This document shows, piece by piece, positions 37,936 to 45,851 of a DNA stretch of 64,000 bases. The stretch lies in NCBI GenBank assembly GCA_052033375.1, contig JBPOJQ010000010.1, positions 5,941-69,940 on the forward strand, written 5' to 3'. The stretch's first letter is position 1. Each line of letters starts with the position of its first letter. Position numbers and translations under genes: made by a program. The notes under the pieces are model-generated. The model ran no database searches. It worked only from the letters and a program-made list of their open reading frames with translations, and had not been told where the DNA came from. The DNA comes from Candidatus Magasanikiibacteriota bacterium (GTDB lineage Bacteria > Patescibacteriota > Patescibacteriia > Magasanikbacterales > UBA922).

Positions 37936-40900
37936 ATGTTTGTGACACGTATTGAAATTAATGGGTTTAAATCGTTTGCTGAACACACGATTATTGAGTT
38001 TCCTAAACCTCAGTCTGACGGGCGACAGGGGATTACGGGAATTGTAGGTCCGAATGGAAGTGGAAAGAGTAATGTGGCTGATGCGATTAGATGGGTTTTG
38101 GGTGAACAAAGTATGAAAAATCTTCGCGGGAAGAAAAGCGAAGATATTATTTTTGCTGGAGGAGACGGAAAGGGTAAAATGAGTCTCGCTTCAGTCACCA
38201 TGGTGTTGGATAATTCGGACAAACGTGCAGATGTGCCCTATGATGAACTCGCGATCTCTCGTCGACTCTATCGCTCAGGAGAGAGTGAATATATGCTCAA
38301 TGGGAGTAAGGTACGGTTGATTGATTTGCAATTACTATTGGCTCGAGCACAATTTGGACAAGGCTCATATTCAGTCATTGGTCAGGGTACTATTGATCGA
38401 TTATTACTCCAGTCACCTGCTGAACGTAAAGAATTTTTTGATGAAGCAGTGGGTATTAAAGAATTTCAGATTAAACGTCATCATGCATCATTGAAACTCG
38501 CACGCACTGAAGAGAACATCGCTCAGGCTGATGCAATTATGGTCGAGATAGAACCTCGATTGAAGTCACTCAAGCGACAGGTCAATAAATTGGAACAACG
38601 TCATGAGGTGGAACAAACACTTCATGAATTACAGGAAGCCTATTATGGTTTTCAGTATCATGCATTACAGCAACAGATTGCACATGTAGAAGAAGAGTTG
38701 AAGCGTGTCGATATCTCGTATGCTGAGGAGCTTCATACACTACAGAATATTCAGACTGAGCTTGCACAATTTGCGCAGGAAAAATCTCGCAGTGATGTAT
38801 TCGAATCTTTGCAGAAAGAATTGTATGAGGTACAGCAGAAAAAAAATAGACATGAAAAAGATCGTGCGGTGTTACAAGCAAAACTTGAGGGTGAATATGG
38901 TAAAGCGGGAAAACAAAATATCGCATGGATTGAAAGCAAGCTTGGTGAGTATCGACAGGTAGAGGGTGAGCTTGCGTTGACTAAGGCTGAATATGAGAAG
39001 AAGTTATCCTCATTACGAAATCTTTTTCAAGAGCGTAATAGTGAAATTGAAGAAAAGCAACGCGCAAAAATTCAATTACAGCAAGAATTATCTCGACTTG
39101 AAAATTCAATGCGAGATATTGTGCGTGAACGAGATTCTTTTTCTCTAGAAGGACTCCGTTCGGTCAATGCTATACTTAATGAGCCACAACGAACTTTTGG
39201 TGGTAAGGTGTACGGTATTTTAGCAGAACTTGCACAGGTGGATGATCGCTATCGCAGTGCGCTTGAGGTCGCAGCAAGCACACATTTAGCATCATTGGTT
39301 GTTGAGAATGATCGTGTGGCTGAATCGTGTATTGATTTTTTGAAACGAAATCATTTGGGTTTTGCGACATTTTTACCTCTCAATACTATCAAACCCAGGT
39401 TTCTCCCGCATGATATTGAATCATTACGTGTGCGAGCGGGAGTGTGTGGGCTCGCTGCTGATTTAGTGAATCATGATTCATTATTTGATCATATTTTTTC
39501 GTATGTATTTGGTTCCACATTGATTGTAGAAACGATTGATGTTGCGCGGCAGATCGGTATTGGAAAGGTCCGTATGGTGACACGAGACGGAGATGTGATG
39601 GAGACCAGTGGTTCGATGAAAGGTGGTTTTCGACATAAACGTACGCATGGTCTTACGTTTGCAGCAAAAGCAGATCAGCTTCCGATTGTTTCTCTCGATG
39701 ATGTGACTGAGGCAACCACCACTATTCGATCACAATTGTCACAGATTGAAGGAGAGATTGAGCAGTTGCGTATTGCTGCTACAGCTCTGCATACTGAATC
39801 AGAAATTGTATCTCATTCGCTTACCGCCCTTGATGAACGTATTGTTAGTAATGCTACAGAAATTTCTCGGCTATCTAGTGAACAGAAAATTCATACCATG
39901 AGTAAGGAGGAATATAGTGATATGATGAAGAATTTTCTTGTTGATCGAGAGCAATTGGAGATTGATATACGGAATATTGATGATAAGATTGCTGCAATCC
40001 AAGAAAAAATACAGGCGTTCAATCGTGAAGAAGAAGAAAAACGGAAACGAGTATTTGCACTTCAGGATGCCATGCAAAATGCACAACAGTCCCTGAATCA
40101 GGTTGCTGATCGCAAACACGCGCTTGAAATGGAGCGTACAAAGCATACGACACATCGTGATGGATTAGATGAAGAAATATACTCTGAACTCAAACAATCA
40201 TTTTTGGCAATTGAAGAAAAAGGGATCCCTCCTCTGACGCATACTCTTGATAATGCAAAGATTGAAATTGAGAAACTCAAATATACATTGAGTCTTATTG
40301 GTGGCATTGATGAAGAAGTTTTGAAAGAGTACGAGGAGACGAATGCCCGGTATGAACAATTGAAAACACAATTGTGTGATTTGAAACAAGCATCTGAGGA
40401 TCTATATCATATGATTGATGAACTTGATACCCTCATGAAAAAGAAACATTCATCAGCGTTTAAAAAGATTAAAAAGGAATTTTCGAGATATTTTTCAATT
40501 TTGTTTGAGGGTGGTAAGGCAGAGTTGGTTGAAGTATACGGGTCTGTTGATGATGAAGAAAAAGAAGAGTCCATCCTTTCCTCAGGGGCTGCGCTCGAAG
40601 GTGTTGCGGATGATAGTGAATCGCCTGCATCAGTAGATAAGAAACGGAATGCGCTCGCAGGTATTGAAGTGTCTGCGTGTCCTCCAGGTAAAAAAATTAA
40701 AAATCTTGCCGCTTTATCTGGTGGTGAACGTACACTTACTTCGATTGCTTTGTTGTGTGCGATATTACATACGAATCCGTCTCCTTTTGTGTTACTCGAC
40801 GAGGTTGAGGCGGCGTTGGATGAGGCAAATACACTTCGATTTACCAAAATTTTACTTGAACTCGCACACCAATCACAATTTATCATTATTACCCATAATC

Positions 40901-40986
40901 GAGTGACTATGCATGCGTCAGACGTATTGTATGGGGTCACTATGGGTGCCGGGGGAGTGAGTAAATTGGTGAGTGTAAAGGTGTGA
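37936..40986 (+). CDS. smc: Chromosome partition protein Smc (short, 1016 aa)
   Basis: GFKSF, GPNGSGKSN, hinge GX6GX3GG, LSGGE, LDEVEAALD, ITH. Confidence 0.95.
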   Translation: MFVTRIEINGFKSFAEHTIIEFPKPQSDGRQGITGIVGPNGSGKSNVADAIRWVLGEQSMKNLRGKKSEDIIFAGGDGKGKMSLASVTMVLDNSDKRADVPYDELAISRRLYRSGESEYMLNGSKVRLIDLQLLLARAQFGQGSYSVIGQGTIDRLLLQSPAERKEFFDEAVGIKEFQIKRHHASLKLARTEENIAQADAIMVEIEPRLKSLKRQVNKLEQRHEVEQTLHELQEAYYGFQYHALQQQIAHVEEELKRVDISYAEELHTLQNIQTELAQFAQEKSRSDVFESLQKELYEVQQKKNRHEKDRAVLQAKLEGEYGKAGKQNIAWIESKLGEYRQVEGELALTKAEYEKKLSSLRNLFQERNSEIEEKQRAKIQLQQELSRLENSMRDIVRERDSFSLEGLRSVNAILNEPQRTFGGKVYGILAELAQVDDRYRSALEVAASTHLASLVVENDRVAESCIDFLKRNHLGFATFLPLNTIKPRFLPHDIESLRVRAGVCGLAADLVNHDSLFDHIFSYVFGSTLIVETIDVARQIGIGKVRMVTRDGDVMETSGSMKGGFRHKRTHGLTFAAKADQLPIVSLDDVTEATTTIRSQLSQIEGEIEQLRIAATALHTESEIVSHSLTALDERIVSNATEISRLSSEQKIHTMSKEEYSDMMKNFLVDREQLEIDIRNIDDKIAAIQEKIQAFNREEEEKRKRVFALQDAMQNAQQSLNQVADRKHALEMERTKHTTHRDGLDEEIYSELKQSFLAIEEKGIPPLTHTLDNAKIEIEKLKYTLSLIGGIDEEVLKEYEETNARYEQLKTQLCDLKQASEDLYHMIDELDTLMKKKHSSAFKKIKKEFSRYFSILFEGGKAELVEVYGSVDDEEKEESILSSGAALEGVADDSESPASVDKKRNALAGIEVSACPPGKKIKNLAALSGGERTLTSIALLCAILHTNPSPFVLLDEVEAALDEANTLRFTKILLELAHQSQFIIITHNRVTMHASDVLYGVTMGAGGVSKLVSVKV

Positions 40987-41030
40987 CCGGTGTCCCAGGT
41001 GTATCATTTGTCTGCATGTTTTTTATACTA

Positions 41031-41059
41031 TTGACATCAGGGGTGGGTTGTGATACACT
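41031..41059 (+). promoter_or_regulatory. Sigma70-type promoter for rpsP
   Basis: TTGACA-N17-TACACT with TG extension. Confidence 0.7.
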
Positions 41060-41123
41060 CGGTTTTGAATTAAAACCGTCCTAAACGCTCTAACTTAAGA
41101 CAGTTTTTTATCTGATTATATTT

Positions 41124-41459
41124 ATGTTGACTATTCGACTACAGAGAATTGGAAAAAATAAGCGCCCAACCTATCGGGTGATTGTTTCTGAAAAGGGGAG
41201 AGATCCTCATGCACGAAGTTTAGAAATTCTGGGTTCGTACAATCCACTTGATCCAACAAAAAAGCTCAATGTAGACACTGCTCGTATCACTCACTGGCTT
41301 TCACTTGGAGCGCAGACTTCTGACACTGTATTTAATCTTTTTTTGAAGAATGGCATTGTGACTGGAAAGAAAAAAATGTCAGTCAGTCTCACTAAAAAAA
41401 GACGTGAGAAAATTGCTGCAAAAAAAGCTGATGAGACCAAAGCTGCTCCTGCTGCTTAG
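41124..41459 (+). CDS. rpsP: 30S ribosomal protein bS16
   Basis: IRLQRIG..P.YR.IV, E.LGSYNP, WLS.GAQ.SDTV. Confidence 0.96.
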   Translation: MLTIRLQRIGKNKRPTYRVIVSEKGRDPHARSLEILGSYNPLDPTKKLNVDTARITHWLSLGAQTSDTVFNLFLKNGIVTGKKKMSVSLTKKRREKIAAKKADETKAAPAA

Positions 41460-41480
41460 GAGTACATTGTTTGATGGTAA

Positions 41481-41516
41481 CACAACAAAACCGATCGCAT
41501 GATCGGTTTTGTTGTG
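41481..41516. terminator. Perfect 16-bp inverted repeat after rpsP
   Basis: CACAACAAAACCGATC-gcat-GATCGGTTTTGTTGTG. Confidence 0.75.
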
Positions 41517-41642
41517 GATAGGATTCCTATTTGCATTGACGATTTTTTTTGTTTTTGATAGAGTATTTCAGAGAACTGCCCTTCTGAATTTGAGGGGAGT
41601 CGACAGTTTTTCGATTTATTTATTTGTAATTTTATTCATGAT

Positions 41643-41993
41643 ATGGCAGAACACCAGGATCAAATATTTATTGAGTTCGTTATTAAAGCGATCGTCAATC
41701 ATCCAGATAAAGTAAAAGTAACTCGTACTGTAGATGAACGAGGAGTATTGATTACTCTTGATGTAGAACCAACAGACATTGGGTATGTTATCGGTCGACG
41801 CGGTAACACTGTTCGTGCAATTCGAACGTTATTGAAAGTTGTTGGCGCAAAGAATAATGCATTAGTAAACCTTAAAATCAACGAACCAGAAGGTGGACGA
41901 AGAAGTCCTATGCGAGATGATGCACCTCACGCGCCACACACCAGTTCATTGGGTGATGTGGATACAAGTGCAATTGATGATCTCGGTATCTAG
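41643..41993 (+). CDS. khpA: KH-domain RNA-binding protein KhpA
   Basis: IV.HPD.V.V, D.G.VIGRRG.T..AIRTLL; follows rpsP. Confidence 0.88.
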   Translation: MAEHQDQIFIEFVIKAIVNHPDKVKVTRTVDERGVLITLDVEPTDIGYVIGRRGNTVRAIRTLLKVVGAKNNALVNLKINEPEGGRRSPMRDDAPHAPHTSSLGDVDTSAIDDLGI

Positions 41994-42009
41994 TTTCAAT
42001 ATATTGTAT

Positions 42010-42038
42010 ATAAAACTCCTCTAAATGAGGAGTTTTAT
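42010..42038. terminator. Intrinsic terminator after khpA
   Basis: ATAAAACTCCTC-taaat-GAGGAGTTTTAT. Confidence 0.8.
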
Positions 42039-42167
42039 TATTGACTTTCTGTCTCTTTACGGGTAGTATGTAGTGTGAACAAAGCGTCTGTAGTCGATGT
42101 TTGATTACCTGCCTATTAGTAGGTAGGTGCGTCATAGTGGTTTTCATGACACTTAGTCTAGTTTTTT

Positions 42168-42241
42168 GATCGTTTAGCTCAGTTGGTTAGAGCGTCACAT
42201 TGACATTGTGAAGGTCGGTGGTTCGAATCCACTAACGATCA
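42168..42241 (+). tRNA. tRNA-Val(GAC)
   Basis: GATCGTT/AACGATC acceptor, TCACA-TTGACAT-TGTGA arm, GGTTCGAATCC; no encoded CCA. Confidence 0.93.
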
Positions 42242-42382
42242 CAAGGGTTTTTAAGAGCGTACTCCCTTATATTAATTGGGGTACTGGTCAGGGTTTTGGC
42301 TCCTCTGTAACCCTATGGGTATAGAGAATCTTGCAAAAAATCAATTTTCTGTTATACTCTTCTCACACATTTTGTGTTTCAT

Positions 42383-42459
42383 GGGCATGTAGCTCAGTTG
42401 GCTAGAGCGCGTCACTGATAATGACGAGGTCCCCGGTTCGATTCCAGGCATGCCCACCA
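42383..42459 (+). tRNA. tRNA-Ile(GAT)
   Basis: GGGCATG/CATGCCC acceptor, CGTCA-CTGATAA-TGACG arm, encoded CCA; one T-stem mismatch. Confidence 0.93.
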
Positions 42460-42463
42460 AAAT

Positions 42464-42492
42464 AAAGATCGTTCAATTGAGCGATCTTTTTA
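42464..42492. terminator. Terminator after tRNA-Ile
   Basis: AAAGATCGTTC-aatt-GAGCGATCTTT plus T-run. Confidence 0.75.
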
Positions 42493-42928
42493 TATTGAAT
42501 ATCGATTGAAATTCTCGGATTTTGTAGAACTGGGCATGTTTTTGTGTTTGAATCTTAGTGGGTCTGATTGATGTCTGTGCCAGATTGTGATTGTCGTAAG
42601 AATAATAAACGTACTGTGTAGAAATAGAGTATAGGGGCCGAATATATAAGCTGTAGCTGAATCTGCCATTCAATTGACTTCCTTGGGTTTCTTTTCTTAG
42701 CCCGAGACATGTTTGTGCGTACATCCTACTCAGTTAAGCGGGGAGGCTGTGCAATCGATGATTGAGAGCTTGTATGGGTGGGCACATTATACTAAATCTC
42801 TAGTCGCGTTAATCTAAAGGTTTTATTATATCAGCGTTTTACTCTCAGAAACACTTAACGTTTTATATTTGCAATTTTCCTTAAAAAACGCTATAGTACC
42901 CTCTACTTTAAGCATTAGCTATTCGCGT

Positions 42929-43570
42929 ATGTCTGATTTGAATAAAGATCCTCAAAATACAGATAACTTAAACGATGAGGTGTATGAGCGAGGTCTATTG
43001 AGTAAGGTCGCTTTATTTTTTCTAGAAATTATTAAAATTTCTATTCTTGCTGCTGTAACTATTATTTCAGTTCGGTATTTTTTGTTTAAGCCTTTCTATG
43101 TAAAAGGTCAATCCATGGAACCCACATTTCACGAACGTGATTATTTGATCATTGATGAGATTTCATATCGTTTCCGAGTTCCGGAACGAGGGGAGATTGT
43201 AGTTTTCAAGTCCCCAATTAATACTGATTATTATTTGAAACGTATTATCGCACTTCCTGGTGAGCGTGTTAAAGTCGAGAATAATACGGTGATTATTTAT
43301 AATGAAGAAAATCCTCGAGGATGGGTCTTGTCAGAAGTATACCTCGAAGAAGAAACTCCTGGGTCTATATCGCTTACTTTGGCTGAAGACGAATATTTTG
43401 TATTGGGGGATAATCGAGACCAGAGTTTTGATTCGCGTCGGTTTGGGGCTATTAAAAAAGATGTTATTGTGGGTCGAGTATGGTTTCGTGGGTGGCCGTT
43501 TAGTCGGTTGTCGACGTTTTCTCTTCCCGAGTATATCCCTGATTCACGAATCCCAGCGCAAAATTCGTAA
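42929..43570 (+). CDS. lepB: Signal peptidase I
   Basis: GQSMEPT, KRIIALPGE, GDNRDQSFDSR. Confidence 0.96.
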   Translation: MSDLNKDPQNTDNLNDEVYERGLLSKVALFFLEIIKISILAAVTIISVRYFLFKPFYVKGQSMEPTFHERDYLIIDEISYRFRVPERGEIVVFKSPINTDYYLKRIIALPGERVKVENNTVIIYNEENPRGWVLSEVYLEEETPGSISLTLAEDEYFVLGDNRDQSFDSRRFGAIKKDVIVGRVWFRGWPFSRLSTFSLPEYIPDSRIPAQNS

Positions 43571-43623
43571 TGCACATTTTTGATTTTCAATGCGTAATTT
43601 AATTGTATATCTCTTCCAAAAAT

Positions 43624-45042
43624 ATGAAGAAAAAAACTACCACAGTTCGTTCCAAACAAAAAACTGTTTCAAAATCACCTCGAACCGCTTCTGTAAAAAA
43701 AGTCGTTACACCTGCAAAACCAAAAACTGAAGAGAAAGAAGTCCAAAAGAACATGCCGTATGCCACACTCCGTGGTATGAAAGATGTTTTTGCTCGCGAA
43801 GGATTGGCTTTTCAGCGCGCGTATCATGCTGCCGAGGATATTGCACTTTCATACGGATTTTCATATATCGAGACACCAATTGTCGAACAAGCAAGTCTAT
43901 TTATTCGCTCAATTGGAAAAGGTACTGATGTGGTCGATAAGGAAATGTATACATTTGATGACAAAGATGGCAGTAAAGTCTGTCTTCGACCTGAAGGAAC
44001 TGCTTCGGTCGCTCGGGCATACGTGAATCATGGTATGCATACGCTCCCTCAGCCTGTAAAATCTTGGTATTGGGGACCTATGTTTCGTCATGATCGTCCA
44101 CAGGCAGGTCGATTCCGCATGTTCCATCAGTTTGGTTGCGAGACTATGGGTGAGCACTCGCCAGTTATTGATGCTGAATTAATCTCTGTTTCGTATAATT
44201 TTTTGAAAGATTTAGGGATTGATGCACAAGTGCGCGTGAACAGTATTGGTACGAAAGAAGATCGTGATAATTATTTAGTAGAACTTGTTGGGTATTTGCG
44301 TAGTAAACGAAGTTATTTGAGTGAAGAGTCAAAGAAGAGGTTACTTAAAAATCCTCTTAGAATTCTTGATTCAAAAGATGAGAGTGATCGCTCAGTAATT
44401 GAAGAGGCTCCACAGATTGTTGACTGGCTTGGCGAATCATCAAAAAAGTTTTTTATGTCAGTGCTTGAATATTTGGATGAAGCCGAAATACCATATGTAT
44501 TGACACCTACACTTGTTCGAGGATTGGACTATTACACAGATACTGTATTTGAGTTTGTTGAAGAGGGAGTTGAGGAGTCACAACAAGGGTCTCTTGGAGG
44601 TGGGGGACGTTTTAATGGACTTATCGAGTATCTCGGAGGGCCTGCTACTCCTGCAGCCGGGTTTTCTATTGGGGTGGAGCGTGTACTCGCCTCTCTTAAA
44701 CGTAAGGAAGATGAAGCACGTAAAGAAGGTGCACATGTCGAAGAGGCAAAACAGCCAACCGTATTTTTTGCCCAGCTCGGTGAACAGGCACGTAAGCGAT
44801 CGTTGTTTTTGATTGAACAGTTACGGAGATCTGGGGTTCGTGTAGTGCATAATTTGGCAAAATCATCAATTAAGGCTCAGTTGGAAATCGCCAATAAAAT
44901 CGGTGCCTCACATACCCTTATTTTGGGACAAAAAGAAGTCCAGGACGGTACCATTATTACCCGTAATATGGAGTCTGGAATTCAGGAAATTGTAGATCAG
45001 AAGAAGATCGAGGCGGTGGTCCGGAAGTTGTTATCCACTTAA
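43624..45042 (+). CDS. hisS: Histidine--tRNA ligase with Lys-rich N-terminal extension
   Basis: RGMKD, LRPEGTA, FRHDRPQAGRFR.F.Q, LVRGLDYY, GGGR, GVER. Confidence 0.97.
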   Translation: MKKKTTTVRSKQKTVSKSPRTASVKKVVTPAKPKTEEKEVQKNMPYATLRGMKDVFAREGLAFQRAYHAAEDIALSYGFSYIETPIVEQASLFIRSIGKGTDVVDKEMYTFDDKDGSKVCLRPEGTASVARAYVNHGMHTLPQPVKSWYWGPMFRHDRPQAGRFRMFHQFGCETMGEHSPVIDAELISVSYNFLKDLGIDAQVRVNSIGTKEDRDNYLVELVGYLRSKRSYLSEESKKRLLKNPLRILDSKDESDRSVIEEAPQIVDWLGESSKKFFMSVLEYLDEAEIPYVLTPTLVRGLDYYTDTVFEFVEEGVEESQQGSLGGGGRFNGLIEYLGGPATPAAGFSIGVERVLASLKRKEDEARKEGAHVEEAKQPTVFFAQLGEQARKRSLFLIEQLRRSGVRVVHNLAKSSIKAQLEIANKIGASHTLILGQKEVQDGTIITRNMESGIQEIVDQKKIEAVVRKLLST

Positions 45043-45043
45043 T

Positions 45044-45072
45044 TTGACTTTTCTTTGTTTTTTGTGTATATT
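45044..45072 (+). promoter_or_regulatory. Sigma70-type promoter for rpsU-yqeY
   Basis: TTGACT-N17-TATATT. Confidence 0.65.
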
Positions 45073-45092
45073 TAGCATATTAATTATTAATC

Positions 45093-45108
45093 CACCTTGA
45101 GGAGGTGA
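45093..45108 (+). promoter_or_regulatory. Perfect Shine-Dalgarno site inside a small hairpin
   Basis: AGGAGGTGA at 45100-45108, 6 nt before GTG; CACCT (45093-97) pairs with AGGTG (45103-07). Confidence 0.85.
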
Positions 45109-45114
45109 ATTACT

Positions 45115-45363
45115 GTGTCAGAATTGAAACGTAAAAAAAATGAATCTTTTGAAGGATTCATGCGTCGCGTCAAACAACAGTGGCAGCGATCAGGTACTAT
45201 TCTCCAAGCTCGAAAAACTCAATATTTTGAGCCAAAGAAAAGTAAAAATGTTCAAAGAAAGGCTGCAATCAAATATGCAAAGAAACAGGCAAAAACTGAA
45301 TTTTTGCGAAAGATTGGCAAATTGCCTCAGGAAGAAATGAAAAAACGTACTCCAAAGCGTTAA
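45115..45363 (+). CDS. rpsU: 30S ribosomal protein bS21
   Basis: NESFEGFMRRVK, G.I..ARK.QYFEPK; upstream of yqeY as usual. Confidence 0.85.
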   Translation: MSELKRKKNESFEGFMRRVKQQWQRSGTILQARKTQYFEPKKSKNVQRKAAIKYAKKQAKTEFLRKIGKLPQEEMKKRTPKR

Positions 45364-45371
45364 TTTTTCTT

Positions 45372-45827
45372 ATGTCACTTATCGAACAATTGCAAAAAGC
45401 ACAATTGGTTGCACGGAAAGATCGTGATCAGAAAACACTCGACACCATTCAGATGATCCTCTCACAGATTAAAAATGAAAAAATTAATCTCATGAAGAAA
45501 GAAGATCTGACTGATGTAGAAGTGGTCCAGGTTTTGCGAAAATTTATCAAACAACTCAAAGATGCTTTGACTGATTTTGAGAAAGCCGGTAGGCAGGAAT
45601 TAGTAGAAAATGCACAACGTGAGATTGAATTGGTAAGTCACTATCTGCCACAACAATTGAATGAGTCTGAAGTTCAGTATATTGTAGATGAAGCAGTTCG
45701 TGAGATAGGTGCATTAAGTCAAAAAGATTTTGGACGTGTGATGGCTCTGGTAGTCAAAAAAATTGCAGGGCGTGCTGATGGATCGCTCGTGCAGTCACTA
45801 GTGAAGAAAAAATTACCATCAAATTAA
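45372..45827 (+). CDS. GatB/YqeY domain protein
   Basis: F..AGR.ELV..E, YLPQQL, DFGRVM, GRADG..V. Confidence 0.93.
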   Translation: MSLIEQLQKAQLVARKDRDQKTLDTIQMILSQIKNEKINLMKKEDLTDVEVVQVLRKFIKQLKDALTDFEKAGRQELVENAQREIELVSHYLPQQLNESEVQYIVDEAVREIGALSQKDFGRVMALVVKKIAGRADGSLVQSLVKKKLPSN

Positions 45828-45851
45828 TTTATTTGAGTATTCGGTTTTCCC

